DNA of 64,000 nt from Candidatus Eiseniibacteriota bacterium (GTDB lineage: Bacteria; Eisenbacteria; RBG-16-71-46). The notes beneath the pieces are model-generated. The model did no database searches and was not told the origin of the DNA. It saw only the letters and a program-made list of their open reading frames with translations. The stretch lies in assembly GCA_038231135.1 (NCBI GenBank), contig JBBRLX010000018.1, forward strand, positions 1-64,000, given 5' to 3'. Made by a program: the position numbers and the translations under genes. Positions 47,995 to 57,990 of this stretch are shown here, piece after piece (positions within the stretch are counted from its first letter, which is position 1; every line of letters starts with the position of its first letter).

Positions 47995-48549
47995 ATGGCC
48001 AGTGAAGCGGTGATCGGCAGACGGACGAGCTGGCTGTCGCCCGCGCGCGAGGCGGATTGGGACGCGCTCTACGCGGAGCAGTTGCCGCGCGTCTACAACT
48101 TCTTCCGCTACCGGGTGGGTCCGGGTCCGGTTGCCGAGGATCTGACGTCGGCCACGTTCGAGAAGGCCTGGCAGGCGCGGCATCGATACCGCAGCGACCT
48201 CGCGGCGTTTTCTACGTGGCTCGTGACCATCGCGCGCAACGTGGCGACGGATCACTTCCGCAGCCGGCGGCATCACGTGCCTCTGGACGAGGCGCGGGAT
48301 ATCGCGGGTGGCGCGACGCCGGAGGAGCTGGCGGAGCACCGGTCGAATGTCGAGCGGCTCGGGCGGCTGCTGGGCGGCCTGCCGGAACGCGAGCGCGAGC
48401 TGATCGCGCTCAAGTACGGCGCCGGGATGACCAACCGCTCGATCGCGAAATTGACCGGGCTCGGTGAATCGAACGTCGGGACGATATTGCACCGCACGAT
48501 CGAAGCGCTGCGCGCCGGCTGGGAGACTCCCGCGGTGGAGGCCCCATGA
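47995..48549 (+). CDS. ECF sigma-70 factor
   Basis: Region 2 AEDLTSATFEKAW...STWLVTIARN; region 4 LPERERELIALKY. Confidence 0.93.
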   Translation: MASEAVIGRRTSWLSPAREADWDALYAEQLPRVYNFFRYRVGPGPVAEDLTSATFEKAWQARHRYRSDLAAFSTWLVTIARNVATDHFRSRRHHVPLDEARDIAGGATPEELAEHRSNVERLGRLLGGLPERERELIALKYGAGMTNRSIAKLTGLGESNVGTILHRTIEALRAGWETPAVEAP

Positions 48550-48636
48550 TCGAGGCACGCCGCGAGTCACAGGCAGGGGCCGAACGCAACGACACATCCA
48601 GGCGCACACCGCGCCCTCGAACCCAGGGAGCATGAT

Positions 48637-49677
48637 ATGGACGATCGGTTTCTGAACGAGCTGCAGCAGGCTCCCGACCCGGCGTTCGAGTCGGAGCTGG
48701 GTGCGCGGCTGCGCCGGCAGGCGCCGGCCCCGCTACGCGCGGCGTTTCCGTGGCGGCCGGCGGTGGCCGTCGCCGCGGTGGCGGCGGTGGTGGTGTCGCT
48801 GTTCGCGTTCCCGTCGCTGCGCGTGTCGGCGCAGTCGATGCTCGACATGTTCCGGGTGCGGAACTTCGCGGCCGTGAAGTTCGACCCGTCGCGGCTCCAG
48901 AAGCTGCACGGGCAGGGGCAGAACGACGGGCTCCTGATGCTGGGCAAGACCGAGACGCTGCAGGAGCCGGGCAAGCCGCTGACGGTGTCGACGCCGGATG
49001 CCGCGGGTGCGATCGCGGGCATCGACGTCGAGACCCCGTCGGAGCTGCCGCGGAACCTGGTGCTGCAGCACATTACGGTCGACGGCGCGGCGGCGGGCCG
49101 GCTCACCGCGGACGCGACGAAGCTGCGCGCGCTGCTCGAAGCGCTCGACATCCGCGACCTCGACGTGCCGCAATCGATCGACGGCAAGACCATCACGGTG
49201 CGCAAGCCCGCGGTCGTCGTGCAGTCGTTCGGCAGCGACCACCGGCACGCGGTGCTGATCCAGGCGAAGTCACCGGACGTGGAGCTGCCGGCGGGGGTCG
49301 ATCTCAACCGTCTCGCGGAGATCGGCATGCGCATCCTCGGCGTCGAGCGCGGCCAGGCGCACCAGCTCGCGCAGACGGTGGACTGGCACACGACGCTGCT
49401 GGTGCCGGTGCCGCCCAACGCCAGCTCGTTCCGCAGCATCGAGGTGAACGGCAATCACGGCCTGCTGATCACCACGCAGGGAGACTTCGCCTGGGAGCAC
49501 GAGCGCACGAGCGGGCCGAACGCGTCCGGCGGTAGTTCCTCACCGACGCCGACGCAGGCAGCGGGCCCGCCACGCGACGGCGCGCTGGTGCTATGGTCCG
49601 GGAATGACCGCGTGTATGCGCTGATGGGCGACCTCGAGGGAGTGGAACTGGTGCAGATGGCCGAGTCGGTGCGCTGA
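48637..49677 (+). CDS. Putative anti-sigma factor (single TM plus extracytoplasmic domain)
   Basis: Follows the ECF gene; short N-terminal domain, TM, LVLWSGNDRVYALMG...LVQMAESVR. Confidence 0.7.
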   Translation: MDDRFLNELQQAPDPAFESELGARLRRQAPAPLRAAFPWRPAVAVAAVAAVVVSLFAFPSLRVSAQSMLDMFRVRNFAAVKFDPSRLQKLHGQGQNDGLLMLGKTETLQEPGKPLTVSTPDAAGAIAGIDVETPSELPRNLVLQHITVDGAAAGRLTADATKLRALLEALDIRDLDVPQSIDGKTITVRKPAVVVQSFGSDHRHAVLIQAKSPDVELPAGVDLNRLAEIGMRILGVERGQAHQLAQTVDWHTTLLVPVPPNASSFRSIEVNGNHGLLITTQGDFAWEHERTSGPNASGGSSSPTPTQAAGPPRDGALVLWSGNDRVYALMGDLEGVELVQMAESVR

Positions 49678-49684
49678 CGGGTTC

Positions 49685-50601
<917 letters not shown>

Positions 50602-50602
<1 letters not shown>

Positions 50603-51435
50603 TGCGCGGCATTTTCACGATTGCCGGCCTCACGCTGCACGAGGCGGTGCGCCGGCGCATCCTGACCGCGACGCTGGTGTGCGGCAGCGCGTTCCTGCTG
50701 CTCTACGGCATCGGCGTGCATTTCATCGCGCGCGACATGATCCGCCACGGCGCCGCGCTCATTCAGCAGAAGATGTTCCTGACGTTCATCACGCTCGCCG
50801 GCCTCTACGCCGTGAATTTCCTCACCGTGATGACGTCGGTGCTGCTGCCGGTGGACTCGCTGTCCGGCGAGATCGCGTCGGGCGTCATGCAGACCGTGGC
50901 CTCGAAGCCGATTCGCCGCGGCGAGATCGTGCTGGGCAAGTGGCTCGCCCACGTGCTGCTGGTCGCCGGCTACCTCGCGCTGATGGCCGGCGGCGTGCTG
51001 GTGATCGCGCACTGGATCGGCCACATCACGCCGCCGCGCATATACCTCGGGCTGCCGCTGATGCTGCTCGAGGGCGTGGTGCTCGTGACGCTGTCGATCC
51101 TCGGCGGCACGCGGCTCAGCACGGTGACGAACGGAGTGTTCGTGTTTGGCCTCTACGGCCTCGCGTTCATCGGCAGCTGGGTGGAGCAGATCGGCACCAG
51201 GGCCGGCAACGATACCGCGCGTACCGTGGGCACGATCGCGAGCCTGATCATGCCGACCGAGGCGATGTGGCAGCTCGCCGCGCATCACATGCAGCCGACG
51301 GTGATGCGCGACCTGGGCGTCTCGCCGTTCTCGCCGGTGTCGGTGCCGAGCGTCGCGATGGTGATCTGGGCCGGCGCCTACGCGCTGGTGACGCTGCTGG
51401 TCGCGATCCGGTTGTTCTCGAAGCGCGGCCTCTAG
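50602..51435 (+). CDS. ABC transporter permease
   Basis: Multiple TMs, KPIRRGEIVLGKW; TGATG coupling with the upstream gene. Confidence 0.9.
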
Positions 51436-51439
51436 CCGT

Positions 51440-51823
51440 TCAGCCGATGATCGCTTCCGCCTCGATCTCGACCCGCCAGCGCGGATCGAGCAGCCGCGCC
51501 ACCACCACCATCGTCGCCGCGGGACGCGTCTCGCCGAACACCTCGCCATGGGCGCGGCCCACGGCTTCGACGTCGTGCGCGTACACCAGGTACATGCGCG
51601 TGCGCACCACGTGCCCGGGGCCGGCGCCGGCCTCGCGCAGCGCCGCGACGATGATCTCGAGACACCGCCTGGCCTGCGCGTAGGGATCGGGATCGCAGTG
51701 GCCGTCGGGCCACACGGGTGCCGTGCCCGACACCAGCACGCGGTCGCCGACCCGCACCGCCCGGCTGAAGCCGATCTTGGGCTCGTACGGCGAGCCCGAG
51801 GACACGGTCTTGCGGTCGCTCAT
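51440..51823 (-). CDS. RidA/YjgF family protein
   Basis: GFSRAVRVG, VVRTRMY, RPAATMV, VEIEAEA. Confidence 0.92.
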   Translation of the reverse strand: MSDRKTVSSGSPYEPKIGFSRAVRVGDRVLVSGTAPVWPDGHCDPDPYAQARRCLEIIVAALREAGAGPGHVVRTRMYLVYAHDVEAVGRAHGEVFGETRPAATMVVVARLLDPRWRVEIEAEAIIG

Positions 51824-51836
51824 GAGCTCCTCATGA

Positions 51837-52742
51837 TCAGTGCACCGTGCCGTCGGGATCGGCCCACGCTACCGGCCCCTCGTCGCCATCGTCCTTCGGC
51901 GGCGGCTTCTTCTGCCCGCAATTGCAGTCCCCGCACTTGTGGTACGGACCGGGCGGCAGGTCGGCATAGGCGATGCGATGCTCGGCACCTTCGTTGTCGC
52001 GCACCCACACCACCTCCTGATACGTCTCGGTGCGAGTCACGTGGACGACGCCCTTGCCGGTGCGGATCTCGGTGCCCACCGGCGGCAGCTTCTCCGCGCT
52101 GCCGCGGTACTGCACCAACTCGTACGCCAGGCAGCACATCAGCCGACCGCACGCGCCCGAGATCTTGCCCGGGTTGAGCGACAGCTGCTGCTCGCGCGCC
52201 ATCTTGAGCGTGACCGGATGGAAGTCCTTGAGCCAGGTCGAGCAGCAGAACGCCCGCCCGCACGGGCCGCAGCCGTCGAGCCGCTTGGCCTGGTCGCGAA
52301 TGCCGATCTGGCGCAGCTCGATCCGGCACCGGTACCGGCCCGCCAGATCCTTCACCAGTTCGCGGAAATCGACGCGATGCTCGGCCGAGAAAAAGAAAAT
52401 GATCCGCTGGCCGCCAAACCCCACCTCGACCTCGGACAGGTCCATCTTCAGCTCGCGGAACTCGATCCGGTCGCGGCAGAATTCGAACGCGTCCTGCTCG
52501 CGGAGCCGGTTGTGATCGTCCTGATCGAGATCCTCTTCCGTCGCCTTGCGGATGATCTCGCGCGTCACGTGGCCCGGGCGCTTGAGCTCGACGAGCGAGC
52601 CCTTGAGATGGACCTTGCCGAGCGACTCGCCATGCTCACCCTGGACGATCACCGGGTCCCGCAACGTCAGCCACAGATTTCGGGAATTGAGAAAGAACTC
52701 CCTGCGCGAACCGCGCAGAGCGACCTGCACGATGTCGGACAT
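51837..52742 (-). CDS. yaaT: PSP1/YaaT (RicT) family Fe-S protein
   Basis: RVDFRELVKDLA, RIELRQIG, GPCGRAFCC, KISGACGRLMCCL. Confidence 0.93.
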   Translation of the reverse strand: MSDIVQVALRGSRREFFLNSRNLWLTLRDPVIVQGEHGESLGKVHLKGSLVELKRPGHVTREIIRKATEEDLDQDDHNRLREQDAFEFCRDRIEFRELKMDLSEVEVGFGGQRIIFFFSAEHRVDFRELVKDLAGRYRCRIELRQIGIRDQAKRLDGCGPCGRAFCCSTWLKDFHPVTLKMAREQQLSLNPGKISGACGRLMCCLAYELVQYRGSAEKLPPVGTEIRTGKGVVHVTRTETYQEVVWVRDNEGAEHRIAYADLPPGPYHKCGDCNCGQKKPPPKDDGDEGPVAWADPDGTVH

Positions 52743-53120
52743 CGCTGCCTCTATCGGGCGGAAGCCCGCCCCGTGAGCCGGCTAAGGAGCCGGAGGATTC
52801 GATAGGTCATGAATCCGGAGGCTCACGTCGTCGCGTTCCGTCCAGGCACGCCGCCGAGGCTCACCGCCGGCTATGGGCATCCCGCTCGAGAGCGGGCAGT
52901 CCGGGCAGCATAGCGCAGGAGCGGTTGGGGGAAGAATCGGGGTGGAATCGGGTGCTGCGCCCGGGTGGTCACTTCCGCTCGCTTGGGGACCTACGCAACA
53001 AGTCTTGTGCTTTCGGTCACCGTCCGGCACCTCCGCCGGCGTTACGCGTGGAATTGGAGGTGGCACCCCGCTAGAATCAGCTAGCGGTTCACATCCTCGC
53101 ACCACGCCCCGGAGGTAACG

Positions 53121-54032
53121 ATGAGACGCGCGCTCGTAATTCTGGCTTTGGTGATCGGCACCGCGCGGGCCGCTCATTCGCAGAGTTACACGCTCACCAC
53201 GTCCTGGCCGGTCGATGGCAACCTGCTCGTCTCCGACGGTGCTTCGCTCTACGTCCTCAATTCGACGAGTGGGCTCGTAACGCACTTCGACCTGTCGGGA
53301 GCGACTACGGGCTCGTTCTCAGTCGCTCCGGATCCAGACCACGCCCGGTCCACGAACCTCGCTGGCTTCGATCCCACCGGAAACGTCTACGTCGCCCACT
53401 TCGATAACGTGAGCGGCAGCTTGGACCTGTATGCACCCAACGGAGCGAGCGTGGCTCCTCGACGGGCGCTGGCATGGCCGGTGGAGGCGGTGGACCACGA
53501 AGGCCTCATGTACGCCATTGGCAGGGACGACTACGGCGACCGTCAACTCATCACGATCTCGGCCGCCGGAGACGAGATCGGTGCCAGCACCATTGGACAC
53601 CCGTATGCATTCATCTTGGGCGTGTCCTGGGACGATCGCCTGTGCCTGTCCAATGAAGAGAGCGCCGGGTGCCCAAGGTATCAAGTGTGGGTCGCGAACG
53701 GACCAGGCGTCACCGGGCGAGACTGCGGGCAAGGCGAGCCCACCGATTACATCCCAATGTTCGGAACTTCCGATGGCCAGGGCGGCAGCTTCGTTCTCGC
53801 CAGAAGAGGCCTCGGAAACTACAGCTACGCCTATTCGGTCGATCGCTACGGCAGTGGCGTCAACGCTCGGCTTGCGCGCTTCGACTTGCCTCAGGGCGGG
53901 GAGATGATCGCTTCCGACTCGCAGGGTGCGGTCTACGTGCTGGTCCAGGGCGCGGTACAGAAGTGGGTGCCCAGCGCTGTGACGCCGACTGTCAGATCGA
54001 CATGGGGAAGCCTCAAGGCGCGATGGCGGTGA
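53121..54032 (+). CDS. Secreted NHL/beta-propeller-like protein with C-terminal TWGSLKARW motif
   Basis: GGAGG RBS, signal peptide AHS, repeats DPTGNVYV/DSQGAVYV, C-terminus VTPTVRSTWGSLKARWR. Confidence 0.8.
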   Translation: MRRALVILALVIGTARAAHSQSYTLTTSWPVDGNLLVSDGASLYVLNSTSGLVTHFDLSGATTGSFSVAPDPDHARSTNLAGFDPTGNVYVAHFDNVSGSLDLYAPNGASVAPRRALAWPVEAVDHEGLMYAIGRDDYGDRQLITISAAGDEIGASTIGHPYAFILGVSWDDRLCLSNEESAGCPRYQVWVANGPGVTGRDCGQGEPTDYIPMFGTSDGQGGSFVLARRGLGNYSYAYSVDRYGSGVNARLARFDLPQGGEMIASDSQGAVYVLVQGAVQKWVPSAVTPTVRSTWGSLKARWR

Positions 54033-54066
54033 TGTAAGCCCGGCACAGCTTCGTCGAACGAACGCC

Positions 54067-54525
54067 TCACGCCGCCCGGTGCAATCTCCCCGACTCGTCC
54101 GTCGTGAACAGCACGTACGTTACGGTGCCATCGCCGGGGTCGGTGAACGCCTCGATGAACTCCTCGGCGAGGTTCCGGCTGTGCTCGCCGGCCATGCCGT
54201 CGGACTCGCCGGGAGCCCGCTCGAAGTGCCATTGCTGCAGCACGTATTCCGCCTGACCGCAGATGGTCCGCACCACGTGCACGGCCTCGACCGGGGTGCC
54301 CTGGGAATGCAGGGCGTCCACGGCGGCGATCGCCGCAGACCGATCCCAGCCGGGTGCGGTCAGTTCGAGATCGTCCGCGCGCCCGGGACGCGGCAACGAC
54401 GAGCCCACGAGCAGCGGCGGCTGCGCCGTCTCGGGCTCGTGGATGGCGTCGAACCGAATGATCTGGAACGAGTCGTCGTCGTTCGGGGCCGGTTTTGAGA
54501 CCGGTTTTCTGCGGGGGTCGGACAG
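54067..54525 (-). CDS. Imm40-like hypothetical protein, probable CTG start
   Basis: W.R.AA..AV..L...G.PV...W.FER.PGES...S...AEEFI resembles Imm40; frame stays open upstream of GTG 54408 to GGGAGG-N5-CTG at 54525. Confidence 0.5.
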   Translation of the reverse strand: MSDPRRKPVSKPAPNDDDSFQIIRFDAIHEPETAQPPLLVGSSLPRPGRADDLELTAPGWDRSAAIAAVDALHSQGTPVEAVHVVRTICGQAEYVLQQWHFERAPGESDGMAGEHSRNLAEEFIEAFTDPGDGTVTYVLFTTDESGRLHRAA

Positions 54526-54621
54526 CTGGGCCTCCCTGTTCGCGCAGTGGCCCGAGGGGGCTGAAGACGCGCGAACGTTCTTGGAGTCATCGGCCGATCG
54601 GGGGCCCGAATCGAGCCTTTG

Positions 54622-55845
54622 TCAGTACCGCCAGCGCCCGGCCGCATAGGCGGGCCAGGCGGTGGTCTCGAACCCGGGGTCGGCCACCCGCATCAGCGCC
54701 GAGAACAGTGCCAGGTCGGGGGTTACGTTGCCCTCGATCGCCCGCAGCGCCTCCTCGAGCGCCATCAGCCTCCGCCGCACCTCGGTGGCGCCGATGCGCT
54801 CGGCCTGACGCCGGATCTCGGGCTCGCGGTCGCGGTTCAGCAGGTCCTCGCGCGGGGCGCCATAGCGCGCCCGCAGCAGGTCGCGCAGCCACAGCTCCTG
54901 GAACTCGATCAGCCGCCGCAGCGACTCGCGCCCCGCGCGGCCGAACTTGTTGAAGCCCTGAACGGCCAGCCACAGGGCGGGGCCGTCGCCACGCAGCGCG
55001 GGCTCGAGCAACTTGAGCGCCTGATTGCGCGCTGCGATCGGCTGGCCCTCGCGCAGCACCAGCGCCCGCGACAGCGAGCCGCACGACAGCGCGGCCAGCA
55101 TCCGCGACTCGGCGGGGTCGCAGCCGACGCGCGACACCATGAACTCCGCGACCAGCGACTCGGGGTACGGCGCGAACCGCACCTTCTGGGTGCGTGACCG
55201 GATCGTCGCCGGCAGCCGCGAGAGCCGCGAGGTGGTGAGCAACCACACGGTGTCGCCGGGCTCCTCGATGGCCTTGAGCATCGCCGAATACTGATCCAGG
55301 CGCATGCGGTCGGCATCGCGCACCACCACCACCCGGCGCGCGGCCTCGTACGGCTTGTACGCGAGGTCGCGCAGCAGGTCGCGCGTAAGCGACATGCGGA
55401 TCGACGCGGCCTTGTCGTAGGTGAACACGAACAGCGGATCCTCGCGCCACGCTTCGAGCGTATCGATGATCGTCTCGTCGAGTTCCTTCTCCTCGCCCGA
55501 CACCGGGAACAGGAACTTGAGATCGGGATGCTGGAGAGCTGCGGTTTTGCGGCAGGCGGCGCACTCGCCGCAGGCATCGTTGAGCTTTGCGCCGGCGCCG
55601 CCCGCGCCCGCGGGGCCTGAGTCCGTCGCGTCTAACCGCCCCGGCGTCGCCGCGATGCCGGCGGTCCCGTTGATGCGCTCGCACAGCAGCGCGCGCGCGA
55701 ACGCCAGCGCCGCGGTGCCCTTGCCGACGCCGGCCGGGCCATGGAACAGATAGGCGTTCGCGTAGCGGCCACTCGCCACGGTGTGGCGGAGGAAGCGCTG
55801 GGCATCGGGTTGTCCGAGCAGCTCGGACAGCAGGATCACGGGCAC
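54622..55845 (-). CDS. holB: DNA polymerase III delta' subunit
   Basis: AYLFHGPAGVGK, CGECAAC, HPD, LKAIEEP, LPATIRSR. Confidence 0.92.
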   Translation of the reverse strand: MPVILLSELLGQPDAQRFLRHTVASGRYANAYLFHGPAGVGKGTAALAFARALLCERINGTAGIAATPGRLDATDSGPAGAGGAGAKLNDACGECAACRKTAALQHPDLKFLFPVSGEEKELDETIIDTLEAWREDPLFVFTYDKAASIRMSLTRDLLRDLAYKPYEAARRVVVVRDADRMRLDQYSAMLKAIEEPGDTVWLLTTSRLSRLPATIRSRTQKVRFAPYPESLVAEFMVSRVGCDPAESRMLAALSCGSLSRALVLREGQPIAARNQALKLLEPALRGDGPALWLAVQGFNKFGRAGRESLRRLIEFQELWLRDLLRARYGAPREDLLNRDREPEIRRQAERIGATEVRRRLMALEEALRAIEGNVTPDLALFSALMRVADPGFETTAWPAYAAGRWRY

Positions 55846-55903
55846 TTGGGAGGCCTTTCCGGGCGGTTGCGGGAGTCGGTCCCTGAGAGCAGCATCCTAC
55901 AGA

Positions 55904-57133
55904 CTATTGCAGCCAGCCCTCGGGATCGAGCGAGGTGCCGCCCTTGCGGACCTCGAAGTGCAGGACCGGACCCCTGAGAGAGCCCGAGTCGCCGGATTGC
56001 GCGATCACCTGGCCGGACTGCACCTCCTGCCCGACCGACACCGCGATCGACGACAGGTGGCCGTAGAGCGTGTAGTACCCGTCGCCGTGGTTCAGGATCA
56101 CCATCTGCCCGTAGGTGCCGAAGTCCTCGCTCACGTAGTCCACGCGGCCCTTGGCGACCGCGCGCACCGAGGTGCCGATCGCCACATCGATGTCGATGCC
56201 GTTGTTCATGGTCATCGTGCCCCACTTGGGGTGCTTCTCCGGGCCGAACCGGCCCACCAGGGGCCCGCGCACCGGCCAATCGAGATGCCCCTGGCCCGCC
56301 GCGAAGTTGCCGGTGTAAGGCTGCGGATTGCGGCCCTCGGAGCGGGCCTTGGCGCCCTCCTCGCGGCGCTTGCGATCGAGATCGGCGAGCAATTTCTGCA
56401 TCGCGCGCGCGGTCTTCTCGAGCTCGGCGGCGGCGGCCTCGTAGGCCTCGCGCTGGGTCTGGATCGTGTGCACCGATTGCGCCTTCTGCTGCCGGAGCCC
56501 GTCGAGGCGCCGGTTCTCCACCGTCGTGCGGGTCGCGGTGCGGCGGACGTCGGTGAGATTCTGCTCGAGCCGGTTCTGGGACGCTTCGACCACGTCCTTC
56601 TGTTGCTGGATCGCCTCGAGCAGCACGCGGTCCTGCTCCGCGACCATGACGAGGAAGTCCCACCGCGACAGGAGCTGCGCGAACGATCGCGTCGACAGCA
56701 GGAACTCGAGCTCGCGGCCGACGCCGTATTTGTAGAGGCTACGCAGCCGGTGGGCGAACCGGGCGCGCTGCTGGTCCAGGGACTCGAGATTGCGATCGAG
56801 ATTCGCGCGCGTCACTTCGAGCTGGCGATCCAGGTTGCCGCGCCGGCTCTGAAGCGACTGGAGGCGCTTGCGTGTGGAGTTCAGCTCGCGCTCGGTACGG
56901 TGGAGCTGGACCAGCGCCTTCTGCTCCTGGCCGCGCAGCTGTTTCGCGGCCTCGCGATGCGCGCGGGCCTGCTGCTGGATGCGCTCGAGCTCGGCGCGCT
57001 TGGAGGCCTCGAGGCTGTCCTGGGCGGCCGCCGGATGCATCGCGACCGCGGCGAGCAGCGCAACGGCGAAGCACGATTGGACGAAGCGGCGGAACCGGCC
57101 GCGGGCGCGCGGCGCCATGACCCAGGTGGTCAT
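55904..57133 (-). CDS. envC: EnvC-like murein hydrolase activator (coiled coil plus M23 domain)
   Basis: Signal, long coiled coil, WPVRG, NNGIDI, YYTLYGHL, LHFEVR; follows ftsX. Confidence 0.88.
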   Translation of the reverse strand: MTTWVMAPRARGRFRRFVQSCFAVALLAAVAMHPAAAQDSLEASKRAELERIQQQARAHREAAKQLRGQEQKALVQLHRTERELNSTRKRLQSLQSRRGNLDRQLEVTRANLDRNLESLDQQRARFAHRLRSLYKYGVGRELEFLLSTRSFAQLLSRWDFLVMVAEQDRVLLEAIQQQKDVVEASQNRLEQNLTDVRRTATRTTVENRRLDGLRQQKAQSVHTIQTQREAYEAAAAELEKTARAMQKLLADLDRKRREEGAKARSEGRNPQPYTGNFAAGQGHLDWPVRGPLVGRFGPEKHPKWGTMTMNNGIDIDVAIGTSVRAVAKGRVDYVSEDFGTYGQMVILNHGDGYYTLYGHLSSIAVSVGQEVQSGQVIAQSGDSGSLRGPVLHFEVRKGGTSLDPEGWLQ

Positions 57134-57990
57134 GCGCCGACCGAGCGCAGCACCCTCGACAGCGCGAGCATGGCCGCGAGCCACCCCAGGAGGACGACCG
57201 CACCCAGGAACACGGCGGCCCAGGTCCACGGCAGGAACTGCACGTTGCCGATCTGCGCCGCCAGCGCCTGCTGGCAGCCGAATGCCAGCGCCAGTGCGAG
57301 CACGCCCGAGACCAGCGCCTCGAGCATCGCCTCGATCACGAACGGCGTGGCGATGAACCGGTCCGTGGCGCCGAGGCGGCTCATGATCTCGACCTGCGGC
57401 CGCCGCGCGAGCACGGTGAGCCGGATGGTGTTGTAGAGCACGAACACCACGGCCAGCGCGACCAGCGCGCCCACCGCGATCGCGCCCCGCACCATGCCGT
57501 CCTTGAGCTGGTCGAGTCGCCGCACCCAGTCGCCGCCGTAGCGCACGTCCTCGACCTCGGGGAACTTCGACACCTGCTGCGCCGCGCGCTCCATCGCCTC
57601 GTAGTTGAGCAGCTCGGGCTTGAGCTTGAGGCGCAGCGACGCGGGCAGCGGGTTGCCGCCCACGGCATCGAGCAGCGCCGGGTCGCCGATCTGTTCCGAG
57701 AACTCCTTCCACGCGTCGTCCTTGCTCACGTACGTCGCCACGCCGTAGAGCTGCGACAGCCGGCCGACCAGCGCGTCGCGCTGCGCGGGGGTGACGTCGT
57801 CGTTCAGATACACCACCATCTCCCGCCGGTCGCCGACGAGTTGCAGCGCGACGCGCGCGTTGTCCGCCAGCATCACGAACACCGCGCACAGCGCGAGCGC
57901 CGCGGTGAGCGAAAAGATCGCGGTGCTCCCGAGCCCGCGATGGTGCTTGAACGATCGCCACGCCTCGCGGAAGTAGAACACGTGCATCAC
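57130..57990 (-). CDS. ftsX: Cell division permease FtsX
   Basis: NPLPASL, NTIRLTVLARRPQVEIMSRLGATDRFIATPF. Confidence 0.93.
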   Translation of the reverse strand: MMHVFYFREAWRSFKHHRGLGSTAIFSLTAALALCAVFVMLADNARVALQLVGDRREMVVYLNDDVTPAQRDALVGRLSQLYGVATYVSKDDAWKEFSEQIGDPALLDAVGGNPLPASLRLKLKPELLNYEAMERAAQQVSKFPEVEDVRYGGDWVRRLDQLKDGMVRGAIAVGALVALAVVFVLYNTIRLTVLARRPQVEIMSRLGATDRFIATPFVIEAMLEALVSGVLALALAFGCQQALAAQIGNVQFLPWTWAAVFLGAVVLLGWLAAMLALSRVLRSVGA

